Below, one piece after another: positions 1 to 10,203 of a stretch of 64,000 bases of DNA. Source of the DNA: a bacterium (GTDB lineage Bacteria; SAR324; NAC60-12); assembly GCA_965233585.1 (NCBI GenBank), contig CBDDTI010000729.1, forward strand, positions 64,001 to 128,000, read 5' to 3'. Positions within the stretch are counted from its first letter, which is position 1. Each line of letters begins with the position of its first letter. The notes beneath the pieces are model-generated. The model made no database searches, had not been told where the DNA came from, and was given only the letters and a program-made list of their open reading frames with translations. Made by a program: the position numbers and the translations under genes.

Positions 1-199
1 CTATTGTAGTTTTAAGTTCAGCTAAAAGGTGTCTGTCCTCACAGCAAGCACCTTTGATGACCAAATCCACATCACTTCTTGAATGAAAGATTTCCTTTGC
101 TCTTGAACCATAAATAATCACTTGACCTTGAGAAAAATATCGCTTCAAAATCTCTCTCAATATGGTTTCTTGTGTTTCTGTGAGACCCCAATTAGTCAT
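1..199 (-). CDS. Minimal nucleotidyltransferase (MNT) antitoxin, runs off window start
   Basis: Hand translation from ATG at 199: MTNWGLTETQETILREILKRYFSQGQVIIYGSRAKEIFHSRSDVDLVIKG; GSRA..SDxDL motif; overlaps stop of HEPN gene. Confidence 0.85.
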   Translation of the reverse strand, partial: MTNWGLTETQETILREILKRYFSQGQVIIYGSRAKEIFHSRSDVDLVIKGACCEDRHLLAELKTTI

Positions 200-617
200 T
201 TAAAGATGCTTCTAAGAGTTTTAAATAAAAACTATCTAAACAAGAAAAATAGTCGTTTTGAATAGACTTTAAAACTTCTTCAAAAGACTCAAAATCATAG
301 CTGTGACTCGTCAAATTTCTGTCATTCACCATCTTAAGCCAAACCTCAATGTCATCAATATATTTTGCTTGAAAAGCTTTTTTTAAAATAACTTTGGGAG
401 AAACTAGCCCAAATGAAAATCCATCAAATTCCATTTTGTCCTTCAATGTTTTCCAAGCTAGTTCCAAAGTAAAGTGAAACCTTTGAATAGCACCTTCTTT
501 CTCTAATTGGCTGAACTGTTGACCTTCAGCTTGTGCTTCTACAACAGACCTCAATAATTTAAAAGCTCTCTCAAAGTTTTGAAAGCGTTGCTTCCATCTA
601 ATTTCTTCTGTTGTCAT
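192..617 (-). CDS. HEPN toxin / nucleotidyltransferase substrate-binding protein (HI0074 family)
   Basis: RWKQRFQNF start, GAIQRF..TLELAWKTLKD, RNLTSH (Rx4H) motif. Confidence 0.88.
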   Translation of the reverse strand: MTTEEIRWKQRFQNFERAFKLLRSVVEAQAEGQQFSQLEKEGAIQRFHFTLELAWKTLKDKMEFDGFSFGLVSPKVILKKAFQAKYIDDIEVWLKMVNDRNLTSHSYDFESFEEVLKSIQNDYFSCLDSFYLKLLEASLND

Positions 618-628
618 CGTGATACAAT

Positions 629-1732
629 CTACAAAATTTGTTCTAAAATTTGCAAGACTTGGTCATTTTGTGATGCCGTGCCAATGGTGATTCTGAAAGC
701 ATTGAAGGCGGGAAAGTTCCTGATAATGATGCCTTTTTGCAACAGGGCTTGTGCAATTTCAGTAGAGTTAACAGTATCTGGCAAGGTGGCAGTGATGAAG
801 TTGGTGTAACTTTCAATGTATTCAATCTTTTTTTGTTTGAAAAAAGTTTCATAGCGGGTCATTTGCTGAAAATTATCAGCGACACTGCTTTCAACAAAAT
901 CTTGGTCTTGCAATGCCAGTTGGGCGGCTTGTAGAGATAAAGAAGTGATGTTAAATGGAGGTCTCAATTTATGCAGAGTCTTGATGATAGACTCATTTGC
1001 CAAACCATAGCCAACCCGAAGACCTCCTAATCCGTATGCTTTAGAAAATGTGCCAAGATAAATGACATGGTCAAACTCTTCTAACAAATCCTTTGGCTGA
1101 ATCCATTTGTTCTGGTCTTTAAATTTTGCATATTCTTGGTAAGCACCATCAACGACAACCAATGTGTCTTGATTGTAGGTTTGAATCAAATCATAGACTT
1201 CCTGCTTGTCCAAGCATTCCCCCAAAGGATTATTAGGCACACACAAAAAAACAATATCAGGTTTGTGTTTTTGGTAGAGGTCTTGAAACTCTTGGAAGCG
1301 ATGTTGTTGAGAAGGTGTTTTGGTAGTTTGCACCCCATGAATGTTGGCACAAATCTCGTACATTGGAAAGGTCAAGCCACTGATGAGCATCTTAGAAAGA
1401 TTTTTTTTGAGTTCAGCTTTGGCTTGAATACAAAAGTGAATGATTTGGTCACTTCCACAACCAATGATGACCTGTTCCCTACCAATTCCAAAATGATGGC
1501 TCAAGTTCTCTTTCAGTTCATGGTAACTGTCATCTGGATAAAGGGGGATTTGTTTGGATAAAATCGCTTGAATACCCTGATTCACTACTGGTGAACAACC
1601 ATGAGGATTCTCATTAGACGCCAGTTTAATCACTTGTTGTGGTTGGATTCCAAACTCCCTAACCACCAACTCAACTGGTTTGCCTGCTTCATAAACTTGG
1701 ACATTTTCTAAATGTTGATTGAATTGCATCAC
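629..1732 (-). CDS. hisC: Histidinol-phosphate aminotransferase
   Basis: IKLASNENP, PNNPLG, VDGAY, GTFSKAYGLGGLRVGY PLP motif. Confidence 0.93.
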   Translation of the reverse strand: MMQFNQHLENVQVYEAGKPVELVVREFGIQPQQVIKLASNENPHGCSPVVNQGIQAILSKQIPLYPDDSYHELKENLSHHFGIGREQVIIGCGSDQIIHFCIQAKAELKKNLSKMLISGLTFPMYEICANIHGVQTTKTPSQQHRFQEFQDLYQKHKPDIVFLCVPNNPLGECLDKQEVYDLIQTYNQDTLVVVDGAYQEYAKFKDQNKWIQPKDLLEEFDHVIYLGTFSKAYGLGGLRVGYGLANESIIKTLHKLRPPFNITSLSLQAAQLALQDQDFVESSVADNFQQMTRYETFFKQKKIEYIESYTNFITATLPDTVNSTEIAQALLQKGIIIRNFPAFNAFRITIGTASQNDQVLQILEQIL

Positions 1733-1759
1733 TCACTCCTTCAATTTTTCAAAAATCGT

Positions 1760-3469
1760 TCACTCAAATTTTAGTTTTTCATAGGTAAAAATGCGTTCTT
1801 CATAGGACTCTGGGACATTTTTAAAAAAGCGGTCTTTAAACCAATCTACTTCCCAAGCGGCATGGTCTGCTTTAAAAGTTCTTTGTTGTAAATGACCATC
1901 GCGATTATCTACGGCATCAATCTCAGGGCAAAGGTCATCACAAACCCAAGCAGGCAGATCAATCGTCAACATCAAACTTGGGCTGATTTGAAGTTCTCCT
2001 TTCTGGTTAAAATCTTTGATTAAAATTAAGGGATTCCAACGTCCATCTATTTTCACTTGGTAATCTTCCAAATGATGAATGTTTGCCTCACCTGTGCTAC
2101 TTGCTCCATGGTCTGACATAATCACAATGCGTGTTCTATCATAAGCCCCAGACTCTTTCAATTTTTGGAGAAAGTTTGTCACAATTTTCATGGCACAACC
2201 ATAAGTATAAGAAGCTCGCTCTCTTTCTTCTTCAGGAGATTGAGAATTTTGATGAGCCAGACGAAGGCTTCTTTGACAATTTTGAGCTTTTGTGTAGGGA
2301 CCATGAGTTTCATTGGTATGAAACATGTTTAAGGTGGGAGGATAATTGTCTTGGATTACAACAGACTCCATGATGTCGTCAAATTGCCCATGACGCAGGT
2401 AAATGTCGCCAACCCGCCATCTTCCCTTTGAATTACGATAGATGTAAGGCTTTAAAAACAAAGGCATTCCACGCAATAAAGAAAGATTCAGTAAAAAATT
2501 ATGATTCAAAGAAACCCCTCCCGAATAGGAGGATAGAAAATCCATTTTTTCTGGAACGAAAGGGAATGTGTAGTCCGCTAATAAAAACACTTTAGCTCCG
2601 TCATCGTGGTATCTTTTTAAGAACGAATTGGACATCACCTCTGCTGTTAGGTCTGCCACTCTAAGCTTAGGGTTTTGTTGTGCTAAAGAATTAAGATATT
2701 GCAAATTGTATTTTTTACCCGACACCATTTTGTAGATGTTAGCCACTGTGCCTTCCCCCACAGCTTGAGCATAAGGATACCAAGTAAAGCCATCTAGTTC
2801 GGGTTTCACTTCAGGATAATTTTCAAAAACTTGGGGCAGAATATCACCCTGAAACATATCTAAAACGAAAATGATAGTATTCGGATTATTCTGTGAAACA
2901 ACATAATGCTTTCCCTTTGACTTAGAAGAAATTTGAGTTCTGTTGAGATACACCCCCTCCACTAAGAAAGTGAAACTTGCAAGCAAGAGCGATGCGATTA
3001 AGTGTTTGGTTTTGATCTTCTTAGCGATTAGAAGAAAGGCAATAAAAAAAGCAAAATAAAGGATTAAAGAAATCCAAATTTCTTGGCTGGTGATTTTAAA
3101 ATTTTCAAAGCTGACCCCTTGTAGTTTTCCAAATCTTGCCAAAATATCCACTCTAAAAAGTCCGTAGAATATACAAGATGCTGTCCAGTAGTAGAAACCA
3201 TATGACACAAAGCGAAGGATTGGACGAGTCCTTTTGACTAAATAAAGGAGTTTATAAGGAATGTATAGAAGAAAAGAAGTAACAACAACCAGAGCCAAAC
3301 CTGTGAAAAAAGTCTCATCAGACACTAAAATTTCAAGTGTATTCCCAGAAAGAATTTTGGCTGGAAAATAAAAAACAAAGGTCAGAAGAAACAAAAACAT
3401 TGAGCCAAAAAATAACTTCTCATCATCATGTTTAACTAACTTTTGCAAATTCAAAATGAAAGATTTCAT
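1760..3469 (-). CDS. Membrane-anchored sulfatase/alkaline-phosphatase-superfamily protein (LTA synthase-like architecture)
   Basis: ~5 N-terminal TM helices, IIFVLDMFQ, THGPY, IVIMSDHG metal-binding motifs. Confidence 0.7.
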   Translation of the reverse strand: MKSFILNLQKLVKHDDEKLFFGSMFLFLLTFVFYFPAKILSGNTLEILVSDETFFTGLALVVVTSFLLYIPYKLLYLVKRTRPILRFVSYGFYYWTASCIFYGLFRVDILARFGKLQGVSFENFKITSQEIWISLILYFAFFIAFLLIAKKIKTKHLIASLLLASFTFLVEGVYLNRTQISSKSKGKHYVVSQNNPNTIIFVLDMFQGDILPQVFENYPEVKPELDGFTWYPYAQAVGEGTVANIYKMVSGKKYNLQYLNSLAQQNPKLRVADLTAEVMSNSFLKRYHDDGAKVFLLADYTFPFVPEKMDFLSSYSGGVSLNHNFLLNLSLLRGMPLFLKPYIYRNSKGRWRVGDIYLRHGQFDDIMESVVIQDNYPPTLNMFHTNETHGPYTKAQNCQRSLRLAHQNSQSPEEERERASYTYGCAMKIVTNFLQKLKESGAYDRTRIVIMSDHGASSTGEANIHHLEDYQVKIDGRWNPLILIKDFNQKGELQISPSLMLTIDLPAWVCDDLCPEIDAVDNRDGHLQQRTFKADHAAWEVDWFKDRFFKNVPESYEERIFTYEKLKFE

Positions 3470-5478
3470 CGTTGTATGATGTTAATGGGTTGCGTCTCAC
3501 ATAAACGGAAGAGGTCATGGCAAACTTTGACATTGACAAAATTCGTCTCTACTTCCTTAGAATACTTTTTTTTAAAAAAACGTTTCAGATGCGGGCTAAA
3601 CATCAAAGCACGTTCGTATGCAGCAAAATAATCTTCGTTGCGTTGAGCAACATATTTCTGAATGTCTTTTTGTTTTGGCAGCTGAAGGTCTCCCATCGGA
3701 CACAAAGCACGTGCAATGCTGTAAAAAATATCTTCCACAATCGTCCAGTAGTCCAACAATCCTTGAATGTAAGAATATTTTTCAAAAAATGCTTTTTGCA
3801 ATGCACCACACTTTTCAAAAAACATAGCAGGCAAAAGCCTACCTGCACCGTCAACAATGGGACGTTGGTCGTTGACTAAATGTTGAAGTTGCCCAATTTG
3901 TTCACACGCTAGTGGGTAAAGTTCCAGTAACTTAATGACATATTTTTCAGGAATCTGTTTGGATTGCTTAAATTGTTCTAACAATTTTTGGATATGTTCT
4001 TCTGTCAAATTCAAGGCAGTCAAATAAGCAAAGGATATAAAAATTCTTCCTTCACGCAAACCGGGGGATTGCGGACGGTGAATTTGAATGGGGATTCTTG
4101 CAAACTCAATCAATTCAGGAAACGTCAAAGTTCCCCTGACGTCCCAGTTGTGAATGACTTGGTCTAAAAGATTGGTATCTTGTACAATCAAGATGCGTTT
4201 AGAAGATTTGTGGTCTTCCAAATCTTTCAAACTTAACGCATCAACAAGATTGGGAATTGCGATTTCTTTTGGTGCTTCTGGCTCTTTTTTTTGTTGACTG
4301 GAAGCAGGACTTTCCTTTGGAACAGAAGAACGAGTTTCCTCAATTTGTGTCCCTACATTCTTTGACGGTTTAACCTGATCACTTGGGGCTTCCTCCGTTT
4401 GAAAATCAGGGGGAGGAATGTCAAACGAAGCCCCAAAGATTTGGCGAATGTTCTGCTCAATACTGGAATCTTCTGCAATTTTATGGTCTTCTGCAAGTGT
4501 CTTAATGGTTTGATATAAATTGGCAAGCCATTTGCGACCATAATCGTTCTTGACTCCCTCAAAATGCTTTCCAATAAAAACGTACATGTTAGCAAGCACT
4601 TGAATATTGAATCTATAAAGATAATCTATCACGTAGCGTTGGTCAGTTGGTATCAGACTTCCTAAAAAAATAGACTTGCGAAAAGCAGAACGGATTTGCT
4701 TATACTGCTTAAAGAAACGTTTGACGTCATTTGACAAAACGATTGCCGCTTCTCTTTCTCGTTGAGCCTCTACTGTGTCCTTCGCCTCTTTTTCATGGAA
4801 AAGAGGTACTTTCTGGAAATCAAATAGAATTTTTTGTAAATTCACAGGAATCACCAGTTCTTTTTGAAAATAAAACACTAATAGACGACAAAAGACACGA
4901 TACAACATTCGCATATTCAGCAAAGCATTGACTTGATTGGGGTCATGCTGAAGCTGGTTAAGCAAATATTGGGTCATGTTTAAATATTTAAGGTAGCCAT
5001 CACGGCTTAATTTGATGTCTGACCCAAAAACAAGCTGAAGTTTCGTTTTTTCTTGTTCAGGTAAAAACAGATAATTGCAAAAGCGATAAATTTGGTTTTG
5101 AATCAAAAAATGGCTGTGAGTCGTCGCTTCTTCCTGTTTTGACTTTTGTGCAGCAATGAGTCTATCAATGAATTTTGCGCAGTGTTGTAATCCTTCTTGA
5201 TAAATGATGGCTTCTTCAACTCCATCAATTTGAGTTTGAGGGGCTTGAACCAGTGCATAGTATTTTTCTGAAGACGCTTGTTGTGCCTGCTTTTGAAGTA
5301 ATTGCTTAAAATGGTCTTCTGAACCCGAATGATGCTCAAAATAATGCTTTTCTTGATATTCTGCATCAAACTGTTGATTGTAGTTCAAAAAGAAATTGAG
5401 TTGATCTGCAAGTTCTTGAGGATTTGGAAAAACAATATCCCCAGTCAATGTTTCAGCAGTGATCACACCTTTTGCCAC
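3466..5478 (-). CDS. Hypothetical helical protein, 670 aa
   Basis: Long ORF overlapping the next gene by 4 nt; low-complexity linker in the middle; no motif recognised. Confidence 0.75.
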   Translation of the reverse strand: MAKGVITAETLTGDIVFPNPQELADQLNFFLNYNQQFDAEYQEKHYFEHHSGSEDHFKQLLQKQAQQASSEKYYALVQAPQTQIDGVEEAIIYQEGLQHCAKFIDRLIAAQKSKQEEATTHSHFLIQNQIYRFCNYLFLPEQEKTKLQLVFGSDIKLSRDGYLKYLNMTQYLLNQLQHDPNQVNALLNMRMLYRVFCRLLVFYFQKELVIPVNLQKILFDFQKVPLFHEKEAKDTVEAQREREAAIVLSNDVKRFFKQYKQIRSAFRKSIFLGSLIPTDQRYVIDYLYRFNIQVLANMYVFIGKHFEGVKNDYGRKWLANLYQTIKTLAEDHKIAEDSSIEQNIRQIFGASFDIPPPDFQTEEAPSDQVKPSKNVGTQIEETRSSVPKESPASSQQKKEPEAPKEIAIPNLVDALSLKDLEDHKSSKRILIVQDTNLLDQVIHNWDVRGTLTFPELIEFARIPIQIHRPQSPGLREGRIFISFAYLTALNLTEEHIQKLLEQFKQSKQIPEKYVIKLLELYPLACEQIGQLQHLVNDQRPIVDGAGRLLPAMFFEKCGALQKAFFEKYSYIQGLLDYWTIVEDIFYSIARALCPMGDLQLPKQKDIQKYVAQRNEDYFAAYERALMFSPHLKRFFKKKYSKEVETNFVNVKVCHDLFRLCETQPINIIQR

Positions 5479-5850
5479 AAGCCCTTATTCTAAAGTAAAA
5501 TGATTGACAAGACAACCGACTGCATTCAAGAAATAGTCCAAATTAAAATTTTGAAGTTTTGACAAAAATTGCAAGCATCTTGCATTGTCAGAAAGATTCA
5601 ATATTTTCTTTGACCAAAAAACGAAAAATGTATCCGATTTATCAAGAAAAACCAATAGGTATGATTATGATAGAGAGACGACTCAAAGCTCGTTCTTTTC
5701 AAAAACAACAAGCCACTAGAAGAATGTTAGATGAATCGCAAAGCAGGGCGATTGCAAGGCAGAATGCAACAGAACAGATTATATTCATGCCCCGTACTAG
5801 CAGCAAAAAGATCAGCCCGCTGAGAGTCAAACGTCCTATTTAAAATAAAC

Positions 5851-5878
5851 TTGACATGCTTCACAGATAAGCTAGAAT
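5851..5878 (+). promoter_or_regulatory. sigma70-type promoter for tRNA-Lys
   Basis: TTGACA-16 nt-TAGAAT just upstream of the tRNA. Confidence 0.6.
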
Positions 5879-5892
5879 ACTCTGTTTTGCTT

Positions 5893-5968
5893 GGGTTGGT
5901 AGCTCAGCTGGTAGAGCATCTGACTTTTAATCAGGAGGTCCAGGGTTCGACTCCCTGCCAACCCACCA
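5893..5968 (+). tRNA. tRNA-Lys(TTT)
   Basis: Cloverleaf GGGTTGG..CCAACCC-A-CCA, anticodon loop CTTTTAA, GGTTCGA T-loop. Confidence 0.96.
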
Positions 5969-5979
5969 AAAATGACCCT

Positions 5980-6525
5980 TCAAGCGCATCTTAAAAATTC
6001 CTCACGAAGCCGATTTTGTTTGAATACACCGCCTAGACTGTAAGTTGTCATCTGTCCGTTGTGCTGAACCCCCCTTAAACTCATGCACATATGAGTTGCT
6101 CTAATCAAAACACCAACACCTTGAGGAGCTAGCTCTGACTCTAACCTTTTGAGAATTTCTTGAGTGAGTTTTTCTTGGACTTGTGGCTTTCTTGAGTAGT
6201 AATTGACAATGCGTGAAAGTTTTGAAAGCCCACACAATTTTTTTGAGGGAATATAGGCAACGGTTGCCTCTCCTGTAAAAGGCAAGAGGTGATGCGCACA
6301 AAGGGAATGAACAGGAATGTTTTGAAGCATGACCATAGAGTCATCATGGTCTTGATTTTCAAACGTAGTGAAGCAAAAATTTTCTGGTTCTAAACCGAGA
6401 CAAAGTTCCTGAGACCAAGCTTTGGCAGTGCGTTCAGCAGTTTGACAAAAGTGATCAGAAGTTTGGTCTACTCCCAGACCCTCAAGCAATTTTTCAAAAC
6501 CTTCTTTTATCTTTTCATAATCCAT
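5980..6525 (-). CDS. folE: GTP cyclohydrolase I
   Basis: SLCAHHLLPF, GLSKLSR, PQVQEKLT, HMCMSLRGV. Confidence 0.95.
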   Translation of the reverse strand: MDYEKIKEGFEKLLEGLGVDQTSDHFCQTAERTAKAWSQELCLGLEPENFCFTTFENQDHDDSMVMLQNIPVHSLCAHHLLPFTGEATVAYIPSKKLCGLSKLSRIVNYYSRKPQVQEKLTQEILKRLESELAPQGVGVLIRATHMCMSLRGVQHNGQMTTYSLGGVFKQNRLREEFLRCA

Positions 6526-6572
6526 TGCAATCCGTATGATATTTAACCAGCATTTCTTTCCTTAAAATTCTC

Positions 6573-7367
6573 ATGTCATTCTACCAAAAACTCCAGCACT
6601 TCGCACGGCAACAACAAAGTCTTTTGTGTGTAGGACTAGACCCTGTTTTAGGAAAACTTCCTGACACACTTCCACAAACTCTCAACGGCATAGAAATCTT
6701 TCTCCGTGAAATCATTCATGCCACTGCTCCATTTGCATTAGCCTACAAGCCAAACCTCGCTTATTTTGAAGCACATGGTTCTCGTGGAATAACTCTTTTA
6801 GAAAAAACTTTAGAGATGATTCCTGATTCTGCGATAACTATTGGAGATGCAAAGCGGGGAGACGTGGGACATTCCTCAAAGTTTTATGCCAAAGCATTAT
6901 TTGAAGCATTTCAGTTTGATGCCATCACCGTTCACCCTTACCAAGGAACAGACTCGCTAGAGCCTTTCTTCGCATATCATCAAAAGGGAGTGTTTGTGTG
7001 TTGTCTCACTTCTAACGCAGGGGCATCTGACTTTATCCTGCCAAATAATCTTTATTTAGAGGTAGCACGCAAAGCTCAAGAGGAATGGAACACGAACCAA
7101 AACGTAGGGTTAGTTGTTGGTGCAACGTACCCTGAAAAAATGGCTTTGATTCGCCAAGTCGCTCCTGATTTGCCTTTTCTGATTCCCGGAGTTGGAGTTC
7201 AACAAGGAGACATGGAGGCAACTCTTAAAGAAGCAAACAATCAATGTGCAGTGCCTTATTTGATTAATGCCTCAAGGAGTATCCTTTATGCAAGCAAGGG
7301 TAAAAATTTTGCAGAACAAGCGGCAAAGGAAGCCAAGCGATTGCAAGAAGCGATCTTAAAATCCTAA
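6573..7367 (+). CDS. pyrF: Orotidine-5'-phosphate decarboxylase
   Basis: LCVGLDP, YKPNLAYFE, DAKRGDV, LIPGVG. Confidence 0.95.
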   Translation: MSFYQKLQHFARQQQSLLCVGLDPVLGKLPDTLPQTLNGIEIFLREIIHATAPFALAYKPNLAYFEAHGSRGITLLEKTLEMIPDSAITIGDAKRGDVGHSSKFYAKALFEAFQFDAITVHPYQGTDSLEPFFAYHQKGVFVCCLTSNAGASDFILPNNLYLEVARKAQEEWNTNQNVGLVVGATYPEKMALIRQVAPDLPFLIPGVGVQQGDMEATLKEANNQCAVPYLINASRSILYASKGKNFAEQAAKEAKRLQEAILKS

Positions 7368-7843
7368 CGTTCTAGCTTTCTGCGATTGCTATAAGACACA
7401 ATCATCGCCACTTCAACAGACGCATTTCTAGGTAATTCTGACACTCCTACTGCAAACCTTGCATGATTCCCTTGTTCATGGAAGACTTCACATAAGACTT
7501 CAGAAGCACCATCTATGACGGCAGGTTGTGCATTGAATCCGGGAGCGGAGGCAACAAAACCTTCTATCCTCAGAATGCGTTCCACACGATCCAAACTGCC
7601 AAGTTCCAAATCAAGCTGTGCTAGTCCATTTGCCACACAAATTTTTGCTTGTTGCTTAGCTTGTTCAAGACTGACCTCTGCACCCACTTTACCGACAGTT
7701 TTTAATTCTCCGTCTTCAAAAGGTAGTTGACCGCTGACGTAGGCAATTCCCTCGTGGGCAATGACAGGAACATACTTTGCAAGTGGTCTGACGGGTTCAG
7801 GAAGAGCGATGCCAAGTTGTTTCAATTTCAATTTGATTTCCAT
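7364..7843 (-). CDS. RidA/YjgF family protein
   Basis: YVSGQLP, VIDGASE, HARFAVGVSELP. Confidence 0.9.
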   Translation of the reverse strand: MEIKLKLKQLGIALPEPVRPLAKYVPVIAHEGIAYVSGQLPFEDGELKTVGKVGAEVSLEQAKQQAKICVANGLAQLDLELGSLDRVERILRIEGFVASAPGFNAQPAVIDGASEVLCEVFHEQGNHARFAVGVSELPRNASVEVAMIVSYSNRRKLER

Positions 7844-8015
7844 ATCTTATTTCTCAATTTTAACGGTTAGAAAAAATGAACTCATATTTTTACATACTTT
7901 GGGTTTGAAAGTGCAAGCGTAAAATGTCATTGAATTGAGCCAAGACAACTTGAAGTCAACTCAAAAAATGTCAATCAAAAAACCTATTTTGTACTCTATT
8001 TAAGTCAAGCTGCTG

Positions 8016-8732
8016 ATGATGATTACTCAACCTCATTTACTGATTTTCATTGCAGGTCAAAATGAATTAGAGGCATTTTGCAATCACTCTTTACCAGAGT
8101 CAAAACAATATCAAGGTTGGAGTTACTATCGTTATCAACCTCAAGTGTCTTTGGTTCATTGTAGGATAGGTTCATTTAATGCTTTAGCCTGTGCAGAAGC
8201 AATAATCCCAGCCTTGAATCCTAGCCATTGCCTGAATATTGGATTCTCTGGTTCCCATTCCAAAGATTTAGACATTGGTCAGGTCGTCTTGGCAACCTCT
8301 ACCATCGCATTTGACTATCACACCAAAACGGCACAAAACACTCTGGAAATAAGAAGTCAAGACGTCCAAAAAAACGGACAAACTCATCAACTGACTAACT
8401 TTGAATCAGATACCCATTTGGTCAAAGAACTACAAAAACAACTTTCTCACACACTTCACTTGACACAAGGGTTGATTGGCAGCTCCAACCAATTCAATCG
8501 CAGTCTTGAGTTTATTCAACAAGTCAGAGACGTTTTTGGAACAGACTGCGAGGACATGGAAAGCGCTGCGATTGCCTATTCTGCATTCAGACACCACGTG
8601 CCCTTTGCCGCACTGCGTGTCATCTCCAACAATGAGCTTCAAGACAAAACTCAACAAGGGCGAGGCTTTGACCCGATGGCTTTTCAAAGCCTCTCTCTTC
8701 TGGGAAAGGCTTTTACAAAGTGGACAATTTAG
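8016..8732 (+). CDS. MTA/SAH nucleosidase family (PNP_UDP_1)
   Basis: [23 protein letters not shown]. Confidence 0.75.
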   Translation: MMITQPHLLIFIAGQNELEAFCNHSLPESKQYQGWSYYRYQPQVSLVHCRIGSFNALACAEAIIPALNPSHCLNIGFSGSHSKDLDIGQVVLATSTIAFDYHTKTAQNTLEIRSQDVQKNGQTHQLTNFESDTHLVKELQKQLSHTLHLTQGLIGSSNQFNRSLEFIQQVRDVFGTDCEDMESAAIAYSAFRHHVPFAALRVISNNELQDKTQQGRGFDPMAFQSLSLLGKAFTKWTI

Positions 8733-9109
8733 GGAAAGATTTTTGCCATTTTATCGCTCAACGTCTGGGCGTCAAATGGCTTGACCACATAATTATTCAC
8801 TCCAGCTTTGACAGCTGCAAGAATGTTTTCTTGCAAGGCTTCTGCTGTGACCATCAAGACAGGCATAGACTTCAATTCAGGATCCGCTCGGATTTGCTTT
8901 AACAACTCTAGTCCCGTCATTTTGGGCATATTCCAATCGGTGATGACAAAGTCTATTTTTGTAGTTTTGAGTTTCACCATTGCCGTCGTGCCATCATCAG
9001 CTTCTACAACATTGTTGTAACCTAATTGACGCAAAATGTTCTTCACAATACGTCTCATGGTTGAAAAATCATCAACAACCAAAATTTGCATATTTAAATC
9101 AGCAGGCAT
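8729..9109 (-). CDS. cheY: Chemotaxis response regulator CheY
   Basis: [27 protein letters not shown]. Confidence 0.95.
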   Translation of the reverse strand: MPADLNMQILVVDDFSTMRRIVKNILRQLGYNNVVEADDGTTAMVKLKTTKIDFVITDWNMPKMTGLELLKQIRADPELKSMPVLMVTAEALQENILAAVKAGVNNYVVKPFDAQTLSDKMAKIFP

Positions 9110-9309
9110 TCCATTGACTCCATAAATAATAGGTAAAAGTTAAAATCCATGAACAGATAAAGTCATTTAAACCCTGTTGTTCATGCTTGTTTCTTCAATT
9201 TTTGTTCTGATTAGGACAATTTTTGACAACACAGTCCCTGCCTTTGCACAAATGAAAGACTTCTCATTAAAACGCTCATATTTGCTGGAGGGCATCAAAG
9301 TCATTTGCA

Positions 9310-9705
9310 TCAAAAGGTTTCGTGAAACACAGTCCACTCTAATTCTGCAAAATGGGTTGGCTGAGATCCAATAGCAGATTGATTCTCTACAATCCTGACA
9401 CCGGGTAAAAAAAGCGGATCAAAGGTGATTCCTTGCACAACAAGAATGAGTCCCACCCCATAGCCAATAATTCCTCCTACACTTGCTCCTATCACGGCTT
9501 TTCTAAAAAGGGGGTCATCATCCAGAATCAAAGTTGAACCCACGACTGCCCCCCAAAGACTTCCAAGCACTGTATTCCAAAAAACTGAACGCATGGCAGG
9601 GGGTCTATTGGTAGAGCCTCTGAATAAATCTTCCACTTCAAAATTTTGAGCGTTCAAAGGAGACACTAACATCACAGACAATAAAATGCAAATAACAATT
9701 CGCAC
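9310..9705 (-). CDS. Secreted/membrane glycine-zipper protein
   Basis: Signal peptide, two GxxxG helices, C-terminal Phe. Confidence 0.7.
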   Translation of the reverse strand: MRIVICILLSVMLVSPLNAQNFEVEDLFRGSTNRPPAMRSVFWNTVLGSLWGAVVGSTLILDDDPLFRKAVIGASVGGIIGYGVGLILVVQGITFDPLFLPGVRIVENQSAIGSQPTHFAELEWTVFHETF

Positions 9706-9708
9706 AGC

Positions 9709-10140
9709 TTAAAAATGATAACGAAATAAAGAAAGATTCCAACTTTGAGGAATGGTGACAAGATGGTTATCCCAATAGCTTTCTGGGGCATACACAAGAG
9801 GTAACGAGTGATGAGAGGACACAGCTGGACTTTTGGAAGGCGTAGAGGCATATTGGGGAATAATTGCAGAATTAGTGAGCAAAAATGCCCCCCCCACCAT
9901 ACCTACAAATGTACCAAAAGAAGCCCCTCCTTGCAGATGGACAGCTAACGGAGTAGGTTGACCAGGATCCATCAACCACACTAAAAAACCTGCACCCAAA
10001 CCCGCAAAAGTTCCCCCAACAGTTGTGACAATCTCTACCTCCATCGCAAGATGACCAACTTCCTGAGCAAAAGGTATATTCTTTGCTATAATAGTCAGAA
10101 GAAGCAACAGGGGGATAATTTTTCTCATCATTTCAATCAA
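9709..10140 (-). CDS. Secreted/membrane glycine-zipper protein
   Basis: Signal peptide, two GxxxG helices, ends FRYHF; true start probably ATG ~10131. Confidence 0.7.
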   Translation of the reverse strand: MIEMMRKIIPLLLLLTIIAKNIPFAQEVGHLAMEVEIVTTVGGTFAGLGAGFLVWLMDPGQPTPLAVHLQGGASFGTFVGMVGGAFLLTNSAIIPQYASTPSKSPAVSSHHSLPLVYAPESYWDNHLVTIPQSWNLSLFRYHF

Positions 10141-10203
10141 AGTTTAAAAAGGTTCAGCAAAAAAGTCTAACACAGCGAGTCAAAATAGCAACTTATTCCA
10201 AAA

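Noticed and set aside
5559..5843. 94-aa ORF (or 60 aa from ATG 5661) before tRNA-Lys
   Set aside because: No motif and it lies in a promoter-rich region; cannot be supported
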